In this document: positions 10,042 through 19,936 of the stretch, piece by piece | How the letters are laid out: the number at the start of each line of letters is the position of its first letter | How positions within the stretch are numbered: position 1 is the stretch's first letter | NCBI GenBank assembly: GCA_963725865.1 | Contig: CAVSAC010000012.1 | Coordinates: 736,001 to 800,000 of the forward strand | Reading direction: 5' to 3' | DNA: 64,000 nt | From: Candidatus Eiseniibacteriota bacterium | Lineage (GTDB): Bacteria; Eisenbacteria; RBG-16-71-46 | Made by a program: the position numbers and the translations under genes | The notes under the pieces: generated by a model | Databases searched by the model: none | Seen by the model: the letters and a program-made list of their open reading frames with translations, nothing else | What the model was told of the DNA's origin: nothing

Positions 10042-10730
10042 AGGCGTTCGTGCTCGCGGGCGGGCTCGGCACGCGGCTGCGACCGCGCTTCGGCGAGCTG
10101 CCGAAGTCGCTCGCGCCGATCGGCGGGCGCCCGTTCCTCGAGCGTCCGCTGGCGTGGCTCGCGGTGCACGGCGTGCGCGAGGTGGTGCTGTGCGTCGGCT
10201 ACGGTGCCGACGCCATCCGGGCCGCGATCGGCGACGGCACGGCGCTCGGCGTGCGGGTCGCCTATTCGATCGAGCCGGAGCCGCTGGGCACCGGCGGCGC
10301 GCTGCGCCATGCCATCGAGCACGTCGACGGGCCCGCGCTGGTGCTGAACGGCGACACCCTGCTCGAGTGCGACCCGTGGTGGCTGGAGCGCGCCCGCTGG
10401 GAGCGCGGCGCCCTCGGCGCGGTGGCGCTCTACCGGGTCGAGAACGCCGCCAGCCGCGGGCGCGTGGAGTGCCGCACCGACGGCGCCATCGCGCGCTTCG
10501 TCGAGAAGGACGCGGCATTCCGCGGGCCGGCGTGGGTGAACGGTGGGCTCTACGCGTTCTCTCCGCGGGTCTGGCGCCACCTCCCCGCGGGCGTGTCGTC
10601 GCTCGAGCGCGACGTGCTGCCCGCGCTCGCGGAGCAGGGCCGGCTCTGCGGGCTCGTCACCGCGGGCGAGTTCTACGACATCGGCACGCCCGAGGAATGG
10701 GAGCGAGCCGAGCGGAGGTTCGCATCGTGA
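10038..10730 (+). CDS. Sugar-1-phosphate nucleotidyltransferase (HddC-like)
   Basis: LAGGLGTRL..PK, EPEPLGTGGA, NGDT, FVEK, SLERDVLP, FYDIGTPE; adjacent to HddA-like kinase. Confidence 0.85.
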   Translation: MKAFVLAGGLGTRLRPRFGELPKSLAPIGGRPFLERPLAWLAVHGVREVVLCVGYGADAIRAAIGDGTALGVRVAYSIEPEPLGTGGALRHAIEHVDGPALVLNGDTLLECDPWWLERARWERGALGAVALYRVENAASRGRVECRTDGAIARFVEKDAAFRGPAWVNGGLYAFSPRVWRHLPAGVSSLERDVLPALAEQGRLCGLVTAGEFYDIGTPEEWERAERRFAS

Positions 10731-11752
10731 GGGGTCCGGCGTATTTCCGCGCGCGCGCCCCGCTGCGGCTGTCGTTCTGCGGCGGCGGCACCGACGTGTC
10801 CCCGTACCCCGAGGAGCACGGCGGCATGGTGCTCTCGGCCACCATCAACCAGTACGCCTACGCCTCGCTGCGTCCGCGGCGTGACGCGCGGCTGGTGCTG
10901 TCGAGCCTCGACTACGACGTGGTCGCGCGCTACGACCACCTGTCGCGGCTGCGCTTCGACGGCAAGCTCGACCTCCTGAAAGCGGCCGTGAAGGCGATGA
11001 AGGTGCGGCGTGGGCTCGACCTGTGGGTCCACTCCGACGCGCCGCCCGGCTCCGGGCTGGGTTCCTCCTCGACGCTGGTGGTCGCGCTGATCGGCGTGCT
11101 GAGCGAGTGGCTCAAGCGCCCGCTGTCGGGCTACGAGGCGGCCGAGACCGCCTACCGCATCGAGCGCATCGACATGCAGCTCGCCGGCGGCCGCCAGGAC
11201 CAGTACGCCGCGGCGTTCGGCGGCTTCAACTTCATCGAGTTCCTCGGCGACACCACGGTCGTCAACCCGCTCCGCATCCGCCCCGACGTGCTCAACGAGC
11301 TCGAGTACCGCCTGCTGCTCTGCTACATGGGCCAGACCCGCCAGGGCGCTCACATCATCGAGCGCCAGACCGCGTCCTACCGGGCCGGTCGCGCCGAGGT
11401 GGTCGACGCGCTCCACGACCTCAAGCGCCAGACGCTCGAGATGAAGAAGGCCCTGCTGCTGGGCGAGGTGGACGGCGTGGGCGAGCTGTTGCACGAGGCG
11501 TGGGAGCACAAGAAGCACCTCGATCCCAGCATCTCGAACGGGCGCATCGACAAGCTCTACACGCTGGCGCGCCGCGCCGGCGCGATCGGCGGCAAGATGC
11601 CCGGCGCGGGCGGCGGCGGCTACTTCCTCCTGCTCACCCGCTTCGATCGCAAGCATCGCGTGGCCGAGCTGCTCGAGAAGCACGGCGGCCAGGTGGTGCC
11701 GTTCCAGTTCGAGCGCCGCGGCCTCCACACCTGGTCGTCGGCCTCGCGCTGA
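10727..11752 (+). CDS. hddA: GHMP sugar kinase, D-glycero-alpha-D-manno-heptose-7-phosphate kinase-like
   Basis: APLRLSFCGGGTDV, DAPPGSGLGSSS, GRQDQYAAAFGGFN, GGKMPGAGGGG. Confidence 0.82.
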   Translation: MRGPAYFRARAPLRLSFCGGGTDVSPYPEEHGGMVLSATINQYAYASLRPRRDARLVLSSLDYDVVARYDHLSRLRFDGKLDLLKAAVKAMKVRRGLDLWVHSDAPPGSGLGSSSTLVVALIGVLSEWLKRPLSGYEAAETAYRIERIDMQLAGGRQDQYAAAFGGFNFIEFLGDTTVVNPLRIRPDVLNELEYRLLLCYMGQTRQGAHIIERQTASYRAGRAEVVDALHDLKRQTLEMKKALLLGEVDGVGELLHEAWEHKKHLDPSISNGRIDKLYTLARRAGAIGGKMPGAGGGGYFLLLTRFDRKHRVAELLEKHGGQVVPFQFERRGLHTWSSASR

Positions 11753-11766
11753 GGCCCGGCCCGCGC

Positions 11767-12918
11767 ATGCGGATCGCCCTCGTGGGACCGGTCGCCCCGT
11801 GGCGGGGCGGACTCGCGCAGTACCTCGCGCTGCTGGGCGAGGCGCTGATGGACCGCGCCGAGGTGCGGGGCGTCACGTTCACGCGCCAGTACCCGGGCTT
11901 CCTGTTCCCGGGCGAGACCCAGTTCGATCCGCAGGCGGAGCGCCCGCGCTTCCCGGTCGCCGCGCTGCTCGACTCGATCGGCCCGTGGACCTGGCGCCGC
12001 ACCGCGGCGCACCTGGAGCGCTTCGCGCCGGGCGCGGTGATCCTGAAATGGTGGATGCCGTTCTTCGGGCCGGCGTTCGCCTCGGCGGTCGGGCCGCTGC
12101 GGCGCCGCGGCACGCGCGTGGTGCTGGTGTGCGACAACCTGCTGCCGCACGAGAAGCGCCCGTTCGACGACGCGTTCTCGCGCTGGATGCTGCGCAACTC
12201 CGACGGCTACCTGGTCATGAGCGACAGCGTCGAGCGCGATCTCGACACGCTGAAGCCGGGCGCCCCACGGCGGCGCGTGCTGCACCCGCTGTACGCGCAG
12301 TTCGACCGCGGCCGCTACGACCGCGCGAGCGCGCGCGCGAAGCTCGGCCTGCCCGCCGATGCCGAGGTGGCGCTGTTCTTCGGCTACGTGCGCCGCTACA
12401 AGGGCCTCGACACGCTGCTCGAGGCGTGGCGGACGGTGCACGAGCGGCGGCCCCAAGCCACTCTGGTGGTGGCGGGCGAGGCGTACGAGGACACGGCGCC
12501 GTACGTGGCGCTGGCGAACGCGGCGGGTGGCGAGCCCGCGGTGCGGCTGCGGCTGCGGTACGCTCCCGACGACGAGGTGGAGGCGCTGTTCAAGGCGGCC
12601 GACGTGGTGGTGCTGCCCTACCGCTCCGCGACCCAGAGCGGCGTGACGCACGTGGCGTACGCGCTCGGCGTGCCGGTGATCATCACCGACGTCGGCGGAC
12701 TGGCCGAGACGGTGCATCACGGCGAGACCGGGCTGGTGGCGCCGCCGGAGGATCCGGCCGCACTCGCGGACGCGCTCTCGCACTTCTTCGCGCGCGGGAT
12801 GGGCGCCGCGATGCGCACGAACATCGCGCGCCTGCGCCAGCAGCACTCCTGGCAGGCGCTGGCGGACGCCACGGTGGAGCTGGTGGACACGCTGAAGCCG
12901 GGGCGCGGCTGGCGGTGA
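11767..12918 (+). CDS. Glycosyltransferase family 4
   Basis: GPVAPWRGGL, FFGYVRRYKGL, LPYRSATQSGV, TDVGGLAE. Confidence 0.9.
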   Translation: MRIALVGPVAPWRGGLAQYLALLGEALMDRAEVRGVTFTRQYPGFLFPGETQFDPQAERPRFPVAALLDSIGPWTWRRTAAHLERFAPGAVILKWWMPFFGPAFASAVGPLRRRGTRVVLVCDNLLPHEKRPFDDAFSRWMLRNSDGYLVMSDSVERDLDTLKPGAPRRRVLHPLYAQFDRGRYDRASARAKLGLPADAEVALFFGYVRRYKGLDTLLEAWRTVHERRPQATLVVAGEAYEDTAPYVALANAAGGEPAVRLRLRYAPDDEVEALFKAADVVVLPYRSATQSGVTHVAYALGVPVIITDVGGLAETVHHGETGLVAPPEDPAALADALSHFFARGMGAAMRTNIARLRQQHSWQALADATVELVDTLKPGRGWR

Positions 12919-12987
12919 GTCCGGCCCGCAGAAGGAGGACGCGATGCTGGTGATCTCGGCGGCCACGCCCATGAGGAGCCCGACGCC

Positions 12988-14562
12988 ATGAGCGCTCCCG
13001 ACCGCCGCGCCCTCGAACGCCGCGCGCGCACGCGCACCGCGTGGGCGATCTTCGTCGCCGCGCTGCTCACGCTCGCGTTCAGCGGGGGCGGTCGCATCGT
13101 GGGCAGCGACGAGATCACCATGCTCGAGGTGGCGCGCGCGCTGCTGCACGGCTCGGTCGCGGTCCCCGAGGGCGCCACCCTGACGGGACGCGACGGGCAC
13201 TCCTACTCCAAGAACGCCGCCGGCCAGGCGGTGCTCGCGTTGCCGCTGGTCGCGGTGGGCGAGGGACTGGCCGCGGCCGCGCCGCTGGCGCCCGCCAAGA
13301 AGCCGCTCGCCGCGCGCGCGGTGGCGTCGTTCTTCAACGCGATCGTGACGGCCGCGTTGCTCGCGCAGTTCTATCGCGCGGCGCGCGCGCTCGAGCTGGG
13401 CGGCGGTGCGGCGCTCGCGGCGACCGCGATGCTCGGGTTCTGCACGCCGCTGTGGCCCTACGCCAAGTCGTTCATGGCCGAGCCGCTCCAGGCGCTCGGT
13501 CTGCTGCTGGCGCTCACCGGCGCCGCCCGCGCGCGTGCGGGCGAACCGCGTGCCGCGCGCACCGCGGCGCTCGGCGCGTTTCTCGCGGTGTCCGCCAAGC
13601 TCAGCATGCTGCCGCTGGCGCTGGCGTGCCTGGTGCCGCTCGCGCCGTGGCGCGGGCGCGGCTCGCTGCGCGCCGCCGCGCTGGGGCTCGTGGGCGTCGC
13701 GGCCGCGCTGGCGGGCCACGCGCTGTACAGCCTGGCGCGCTTCGGCAACCCGTTCGAGACCGGCTACGGCGCGCAGGCCACCGCGGCCGCGTACACCACG
13801 CCGCTGCTGGTCGGCCTCTATGGTCTGCTGGTCTCCTCCGGCAAAGGGGTGCTGTGGTTCGCGCCCGCGCTGTGGCTGGCGGGCCACGGCGCGCGCCGCG
13901 CCCTCGCGCGCGGCGGCGAGCGCGGCGTGACGCCGCGCGCGGTGCTGCTGGGTGCCGCGCTCGCGTGGGCGCTGGCGCTGCTGCTCTACGCGCGCTTCCA
14001 GCACTGGGCAGGCGACGGCTCGTTCGGACCGCGCTACCTGGTGCCGCTGCTGCCGCTCGCGTTCCTCGCGGTGGCGTACGCGCTCGAGGGCGCCTCGCGC
14101 GCGCGGCGTCGCGCGGCATGGGCGCTCGCGGTGCTTGGGGCGTTGGTGCAGATCGGCGGCGTGGCGATCTACTTCGGCGCGCAGATGCGCGAGGCGGGGG
14201 ATTACCCGTACACGCTGCCGCTCGAGGATCCACGCTTCATGTCGGCGAGCCACTTCGACCCGCACCAGAGCCCGATCGCGGGACACTGGGGCATGCTGCT
14301 GCGCAACGCCGGCGAGCACCTGCACGGCGAGTGGCCGCACCTGGCCGCGACCGGGGTCGGCGAGCCCGGCACGCGACTGGGCGTGGGCGCCGAGGACCAG
14401 GCGCGCCTGCTACACGGCCTCGACTTCTGGTGGACCTACGCGCTGTACGCGGGGATGCCCACGGTGCCGGTGCTGGGAGCGGCGCTCGCGTTGCTGCTGG
14501 CGGCGGGCTGGGCGTGGACGCGCGTGTTCGACGCGCTGCGCCGCGAGCGGGTCGTGCCGTGA
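12988..14562 (+). CDS. Multi-TM GT-C-type (lipid-carrier-dependent) glycosyltransferase-like protein
   Basis: Acidic DE pair after TM1 (GSDEITM), about 11 hydrophobic segments, FGNPFETGY and WAGDGSFGPRYLVP motifs. Confidence 0.65.
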   Translation: MSAPDRRALERRARTRTAWAIFVAALLTLAFSGGGRIVGSDEITMLEVARALLHGSVAVPEGATLTGRDGHSYSKNAAGQAVLALPLVAVGEGLAAAAPLAPAKKPLAARAVASFFNAIVTAALLAQFYRAARALELGGGAALAATAMLGFCTPLWPYAKSFMAEPLQALGLLLALTGAARARAGEPRAARTAALGAFLAVSAKLSMLPLALACLVPLAPWRGRGSLRAAALGLVGVAAALAGHALYSLARFGNPFETGYGAQATAAAYTTPLLVGLYGLLVSSGKGVLWFAPALWLAGHGARRALARGGERGVTPRAVLLGAALAWALALLLYARFQHWAGDGSFGPRYLVPLLPLAFLAVAYALEGASRARRRAAWALAVLGALVQIGGVAIYFGAQMREAGDYPYTLPLEDPRFMSASHFDPHQSPIAGHWGMLLRNAGEHLHGEWPHLAATGVGEPGTRLGVGAEDQARLLHGLDFWWTYALYAGMPTVPVLGAALALLLAAGWAWTRVFDALRRERVVP

Positions 14563-15467
14563 AGCGCGTCACCGTGGTGGTGCTCAACTGGAACGGGCTC
14601 GCCGACACGCGCGCGCTGCTCCCCACGCTCGCGCGCTGCCGCCTGCCCGACGGCTGGGAGCTGCGCGCGATGGTGGTGGACAACGGCTCCACCGACGGCT
14701 CGGTCGAAACACTCGCGCGCGAGTTCCCCGACGTCGAGCTGGTCGCGCTGCCCGAGAACCGCCGCTTCGCGGGCGGCAACAACGCGGGCGTGAAGCGGGC
14801 GCTCGCCGCGGGTGCCTCCGCCGTGATGCTGCTCAACAACGACACCGTGTGCGACCCCGGACTGATCGAGCACCTGCTGCTGGCGCTCGAGCAGGATCCG
14901 CGCGCCGGCGCCGCCGGGCCGCTGATCTACTTCGGCCCGCCGAGCCCGGTGATCTGGTACGCCGGTGCCACCTGCGACACCGCGCTCGGCCTCGCCTCGC
15001 ACCGCGGCCTGCGCACCCGCGACGCAGGCCAGTACCGCGCGGTCGAGTCGACCGGGTATCTCACCGGCTGCTGCCTGCTCGCGCGGCGCGAGTGCTGGGA
15101 GCAGGTCGGGCTGCTCGACGAGCGCTACTTCATCTACGCCGAGGACGCCGACTGGTCGCTGCGCGCGCGCGCGGCGGGGTGGACGCTGCTGTTCGTGCCC
15201 ACCGCGCGCCTGTGGCACAAGGTGAGCGCCTCGAGCGGCGCCCAGAGTCCCTGGAAGATCTACCAGCGCCTGCGCGGCAACCTGAGGTTGTTCTCCACCC
15301 ACGCGCGCGGCCTCGCGCGGCTCACGTGGGCGCCGGCGTTCCTGGTACAGCAGGCGGTGCTGTTCGCGTGGCTGCTCGCGCGCGGCCAGGCCGCCGCGGC
15401 GATGGCGGTGCCGCGGGCGCTGCTGGACGCGATGGCGGGCGAGAGCGCGGCGGAGGTGAAGCTGTGA
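14559..15467 (+). CDS. Glycosyltransferase family 2 (WbbL/rhamnosyltransferase-like)
   Basis: VVLNWNG, VDNGSTD, FAGGNN, LLNNDT, LDERYFIYAEDADWSLR. Confidence 0.9.
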   Translation: MKRVTVVVLNWNGLADTRALLPTLARCRLPDGWELRAMVVDNGSTDGSVETLAREFPDVELVALPENRRFAGGNNAGVKRALAAGASAVMLLNNDTVCDPGLIEHLLLALEQDPRAGAAGPLIYFGPPSPVIWYAGATCDTALGLASHRGLRTRDAGQYRAVESTGYLTGCCLLARRECWEQVGLLDERYFIYAEDADWSLRARAAGWTLLFVPTARLWHKVSASSGAQSPWKIYQRLRGNLRLFSTHARGLARLTWAPAFLVQQAVLFAWLLARGQAAAAMAVPRALLDAMAGESAAEVKL

Positions 15468-15481
15468 GGGGCGGCGCGATC

Positions 15482-16397
15482 ATGACTGACGCCGCCGCCC
15501 GCAAGCCCGTGATCGCTCCCGGCGAGCCGCCGGTGTTCCTGCACGAGGTGATCGCCGCGCAGCCACGCGGCGCGCGCGTGCTCGACGCGGGGTGCGGACC
15601 GGGTTCGTGGTCGTACGCGGAGCGGCCGGACCTCGTGATCACCGGGTTCGACATCAAGTTCCCGCCCGGGCCGCCGCCGCGTTCGGATCGTGTGCGCGTG
15701 TTCGAGGCCGACCTGGCGCGACTGCCGCTGCGCGACGGGCTGTTCGACCTGACGGTGTGCCACTACGTGCTCGAGCACGTCACCGCGCTCGCGGCGTGCT
15801 GCGACGAGCTGGCGCGGGTGACGAAGCCGGGCGGCACGCTCTACCTGTCGGTGCCGCGCGCGGCGGCGTTCGACGATCGGCTCTATCGCTTCGCGGGCTA
15901 CTTCGCCAAGTACGCGCTGATGAAGTTCAGGAAGCGCATCGAGCACCAGCAGCGCTTCACGCTGCAGGGCGTGCTCGACCAGTTCTACGCGCGCGGCTTC
16001 GCGCTCACGGCGCACGCGTTCGTGCCGGCGGGCTTCTCGTGGATGAACGACGCGCGCACCAAGCCGCTGCAGGGACTCTTCACCTGGAAGCTCGCGAAGC
16101 TCCATCGCTGGATCGGTCTCGACCTCGCGAAGGACGCGAACTTCGTGCTGACGTTCGCGAAGACCGGGACGGGGACCACGGCGCCCGACGCGCGCGGCCC
16201 GCTGCCGGGTGCCGCGCCGGGTGACGCACGTCTGCCGCGAGTGCGGCGAGCACAGCCTGGTCGAGCCGCCGCGGCCGTGGCCGACGCGCTGGATCTGCCC
16301 GTGGTGCGGCAAGCCCAATCCGTTCGGGAGGCCGCGTGAGCGCGCCGCGCCTGCGAGCCGCATCCGCGCCGCGGGCAGCGGAGGCCCGCGTGCGTGA
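15482..16397 (+). CDS. Class I SAM methyltransferase with probable C-terminal Zn-ribbon; apparent +1 frameshift at ~16208 (uncorrected frame stops at 16339)
   Basis: VLDAGCGPG, HYVLEHV, RVTKPGG; after 16208 the GC3-rich frame encodes CRECG..CPWCG. Confidence 0.75.
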
Positions 16398-17835
16398 GGC
16401 GTTGAAGAAGCTGATGTCGGAGTCCGCCGTCTACGGGCTCGGCCAGGCGCTGGGGCGCGCGGCGCAGCTCGCGCTGGTGCCGATCCTGACGCGCTTCCTC
16501 GCCCCGGACGCCTACGGCATCAGCGACCTGCTGCTGGCGTACTCGCAGACCGCGGTGCTGGTGCTGGTGTTCGGCATGGACGGGGCGCTCGCGCGCCACT
16601 TCTACACCGAGCCGGACCGCGCGGCGCGCGTGCGCATGGCGTCGACCTCGTTCGCGTTCCGCCTCGCGATGGGCCTGCTCGCCGCACTCGCGGTCTCGCT
16701 CGCCGCGTCGCCGCTGGCGGGACACCTGCTGGGCGGCGCGGTCTATCGCAAGTACCTGCTGATCGCCGCGTGGACGCTGCCGTGCACGCTGCTGACCATG
16801 TGGGCGAACGAGGTTCTGCGCGTCACGTTCCAGCCGTGGAAGTACGTCGGGCTGAACCTGCTGCAGACCGTGCTCGCGGCGGGGCTCGCGGTGTGGTGGG
16901 TGGTGGTCGCGAAGGTCGGCGTGGTGGGCGTGCTGTACGGCAAGCTCGCCGCCGACGGCGTATGCGCGCTGCTGGGGCTGGTGCTGTGCCGACACAACCT
17001 CGGGCCGCACCTGCGCGGCGACGTGCTGCGCAAGCTGCTCGCCTACGGCGCGCCGCTGGTGCCGGGGGCGTTCGCGTTCGGCGGCATCGCCAGCCTCGAT
17101 CGCTACTGGCTCCAGCACACGCGCTCGCTCGACGAGGTGGCGGTGTACGCGGTGGCGATGAAGTTCTACGCCGTGATGGGGCTGACGGTGGCGGCGGTGC
17201 AGCTCGCCTACGGCCCGTTCGCGTTCGCGCGCGCGCGGGAGCCCGGGGCGCCGCGGCTGTTCGCGTTCGTGTACGACGGCTACGTGGCGGGGGCCTCGCT
17301 GATGGCATTGCTGGCGTCGGCGTTCGCGCCCGAGATCCTGCGCATCGTGGTGCCCGCATCGTACGCGCCGGCGGCGGTCCCGGTGGTCCCGCTGACCTTT
17401 GCCGCGGTGGCGCTGGGTGCCTACACTGTGGCCTCGGTCGGCATCGGGCTGGCGCTGCGCACCCCGCTCCTGAATCTGGCCGCGGGGGGTGCGGTGCTGG
17501 TCGCGTGGGCCGCCCAGGCGCTGCTGACGCCGCGCCTGGGGGCACCCGGCGCGGCGATCGGGACGCTGCTCGGCTACGTCACGACCGCGGTGCTCACGTT
17601 CGTGATCGCGCAGCGGGTGCACCCGCTGCCGTATCGTGCCGGGCGCCTGGTGGCGCTGTTCGCGAGTGCGCTCGCGCTGGCGTGGGCGCTGCAGGCGCTG
17701 GTGCCCGCCACCGCGGTGGGCGCCGCGATCAAGCTGGCCGCCGCCGGCGCGTGGGCCGCGGGCGCCGGATGGGTGGTGATGCGCAAGGAGCGCGGCACGC
17801 TGGGTGCGGCGCGCGAAGGGACGCCGGCGGCCTGA
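16390..17835 (+). CDS. Wzx-type oligosaccharide flippase (alternative start 16336)
   Basis: About 12-14 TM; SAVYGLG, LVPILTRFLAPDAYG, LLAYGAPL, LDRYWL; SD GGAGG at 16380-16384. Confidence 0.88.
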   Translation: MREALKKLMSESAVYGLGQALGRAAQLALVPILTRFLAPDAYGISDLLLAYSQTAVLVLVFGMDGALARHFYTEPDRAARVRMASTSFAFRLAMGLLAALAVSLAASPLAGHLLGGAVYRKYLLIAAWTLPCTLLTMWANEVLRVTFQPWKYVGLNLLQTVLAAGLAVWWVVVAKVGVVGVLYGKLAADGVCALLGLVLCRHNLGPHLRGDVLRKLLAYGAPLVPGAFAFGGIASLDRYWLQHTRSLDEVAVYAVAMKFYAVMGLTVAAVQLAYGPFAFARAREPGAPRLFAFVYDGYVAGASLMALLASAFAPEILRIVVPASYAPAAVPVVPLTFAAVALGAYTVASVGIGLALRTPLLNLAAGGAVLVAWAAQALLTPRLGAPGAAIGTLLGYVTTAVLTFVIAQRVHPLPYRAGRLVALFASALALAWALQALVPATAVGAAIKLAAAGAWAAGAGWVVMRKERGTLGAAREGTPAA

Positions 17836-17863
17836 GGCCGCGGCGCGGGAGGGACGCGGACGC

Positions 17864-19927
17864 ATGTGCGGCATCGCTGGATTGTACGAGCGGGAGGGCC
17901 GCGCCGATCTCGGCCGCCTGCTCGCGATGTCGCGGTTGATGCGCCACCGCGGTCCCGACGACGAGGGCATCCTGCTGGCCGACGTCGCGGGGAACGGCGT
18001 GCTGGCGCTCGGCGGGCCCGACACGCCGGCCGACGTCTACACCAGCCCGCACGCGTACGCACCCGGACGCCTCGAGGGGCGCGGCGCCGCCGGTCATCAC
18101 GGTGTCGGCCTGCTGCATCGCCGGCTCGCGATCCTCGACCTGAGCCCGGCCGGCCACCAGCCGATGTGCGACCGCGAGCGCCGGCTGTGGCTCACGTTCA
18201 ACGGCGAGATCTACAACTGGGTCGAGCTGCGTCGCGAGCTCGAGGGGCTCGGCGACACGTTCACGAGCGCCTCCGACTCCGAGGTCATCCTGGCCGCGTA
18301 CCGGCGCTGGGGGCCGGAGTGCCTGCCGCGCTTCAACGGCATGTTCGCGCTCGCGATCTGGGACACGCACGAGCGCCGGCTGTTCTGCGCGCGCGACCGC
18401 TTCGGCGTGAAGCCGTTCTATTACCAGCACGAGGCGGGGCGGCTGGCGTTCGCCTCGGAGCCCAAGGCGCTGGTCCTCACGCAGCCGGGGCGCATCGCGG
18501 TGCGCGACGAGGCGGTGCGCGACCTGCTCGCGCTCGACTGGGTCGATCACGAGACGAGCACGTTCTTCGAGGGGCTGCGGCAGCTGCCGCCCGCGCACTG
18601 GCTGGCCATGAGCGAGCGCGGGCTCGAGATCCGCCGCTGGTGGTCGCTCGATCCGAAGCGACGCGCCACCAGCCCGCCCGCGCAGTGGACCGAGGAGTTC
18701 GCCGAGCTGTTCACCGACGCGGTGCGACTGCGGCTGCGCGCGGACGTGGCGGTGGGCTCGTGCCTCTCCGGCGGTCTCGACTCCTCCGCGGTGGTCACCA
18801 CCATGGCGCGGCTCGGCGCCGCCGACCAGCACACGTTCTCGTGCGCGTACGACGTGCCGGGCTTCGACGAGCGCCCGCACATCGACGCCGCGGTCGCCGC
18901 GAGCGGCGCGCACCCGCACCTGGTGGTGCCGGATGGCGCCGACTTCTGGAGCGTCTTCGACCGGCTCGCCTACCAGCAGGACGAGCCCACCGCGGGCTCG
19001 GGGCTGTTCTCGCAATGGAAGGTGATGGAGCTGGCGCATGGCCGCGGCCTCAAGGTGCTGCTCGACGGGCAGGGTGGCGACGAGACGCTCGCCGGCTACT
19101 TCCGCTACCTGCCGATCGCGCTGCGCGACCGGCTCGCGGCCGGCGACCTGGTGGGCTTCGCGCGCGGATTCGGCGACGTCGCGGGGCGGCTGGGGGCGGC
19201 GACCACGCTGGCGCTCACGCTCGAGCCGTGGCTGCCCCGGGCGCTGTTCGCGCCGCTGCGGCGGCGCTTCGGGCAGGGCAAGGACCGCGTGCTCGCGCCG
19301 CGCCTGCGCGCGCTGCCCGCGCATCCGCCGCGCCCGTCGCGCGAGTTCCCGACCGCGCTGTCGCGGCAGCTGGCGTTCGACACGCTGCAGCGCCTGCTGC
19401 CCTCGCTGCTGCGCTACGAGGACCGCAACAGCATGGCGTTCTCGATCGAGACGCGGCTGCCGTTCCTCGACTACCGGCTGGTCGAATTCGTGTTCGCGCT
19501 GCCGGACGACCAGCGCCTCGAGGGCACGACCACCAAGGCGATCCTGCGGCGCGCGCTCGCCGACCGGGTGCCCGCGAGCGTCCGCGAGCGGCGCGACAAG
19601 ATGGGCTTCGAGACTCCGACCGACCTGTGGCTGCGCACGCGCCACGCCGGCGAGGCGCGGCGGCGATTGACGCGCGAGGGGGTGCTCGACCGCTGGCTCG
19701 ACGGCGGCGCGCTGCGCACCGAGCTCGAGGACTTCCTCGCCGGACGGCGCGCGATCGGGCTGCAGGTGTGGCGCTGGCTCGCGCTCGAATCGTGGGCGCG
19801 CCGCTTCGTGGCGGTCGACGCGCGCGTGGGCGCGCGGGAGGCCGAGGAGGTCTGGAGCGCCGGACATCACCGCACGTACCTCGAGGTGGTGACCGGTCGG
19901 CCGCCCGCGCGGGAGGACGGCGCGTAG
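17864..19927 (+). CDS. asnB: Asparagine-synthase-family glutamine amidotransferase (probably glycan-amidating, WbpS-like)
   Basis: N-terminal MCGIAG, HRGPDD, HRRLAILDLS..GHQPM, NGEIYN, LSGGLDSS, LDGQGGDE, EDRNSMAFSIETRLPFLD. Confidence 0.92.
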   Translation: MCGIAGLYEREGRADLGRLLAMSRLMRHRGPDDEGILLADVAGNGVLALGGPDTPADVYTSPHAYAPGRLEGRGAAGHHGVGLLHRRLAILDLSPAGHQPMCDRERRLWLTFNGEIYNWVELRRELEGLGDTFTSASDSEVILAAYRRWGPECLPRFNGMFALAIWDTHERRLFCARDRFGVKPFYYQHEAGRLAFASEPKALVLTQPGRIAVRDEAVRDLLALDWVDHETSTFFEGLRQLPPAHWLAMSERGLEIRRWWSLDPKRRATSPPAQWTEEFAELFTDAVRLRLRADVAVGSCLSGGLDSSAVVTTMARLGAADQHTFSCAYDVPGFDERPHIDAAVAASGAHPHLVVPDGADFWSVFDRLAYQQDEPTAGSGLFSQWKVMELAHGRGLKVLLDGQGGDETLAGYFRYLPIALRDRLAAGDLVGFARGFGDVAGRLGAATTLALTLEPWLPRALFAPLRRRFGQGKDRVLAPRLRALPAHPPRPSREFPTALSRQLAFDTLQRLLPSLLRYEDRNSMAFSIETRLPFLDYRLVEFVFALPDDQRLEGTTTKAILRRALADRVPASVRERRDKMGFETPTDLWLRTRHAGEARRRLTREGVLDRWLDGGALRTELEDFLAGRRAIGLQVWRWLALESWARRFVAVDARVGAREAEEVWSAGHHRTYLEVVTGRPPAREDGA

Positions 19928-19936
19928 CGCCGGCGC

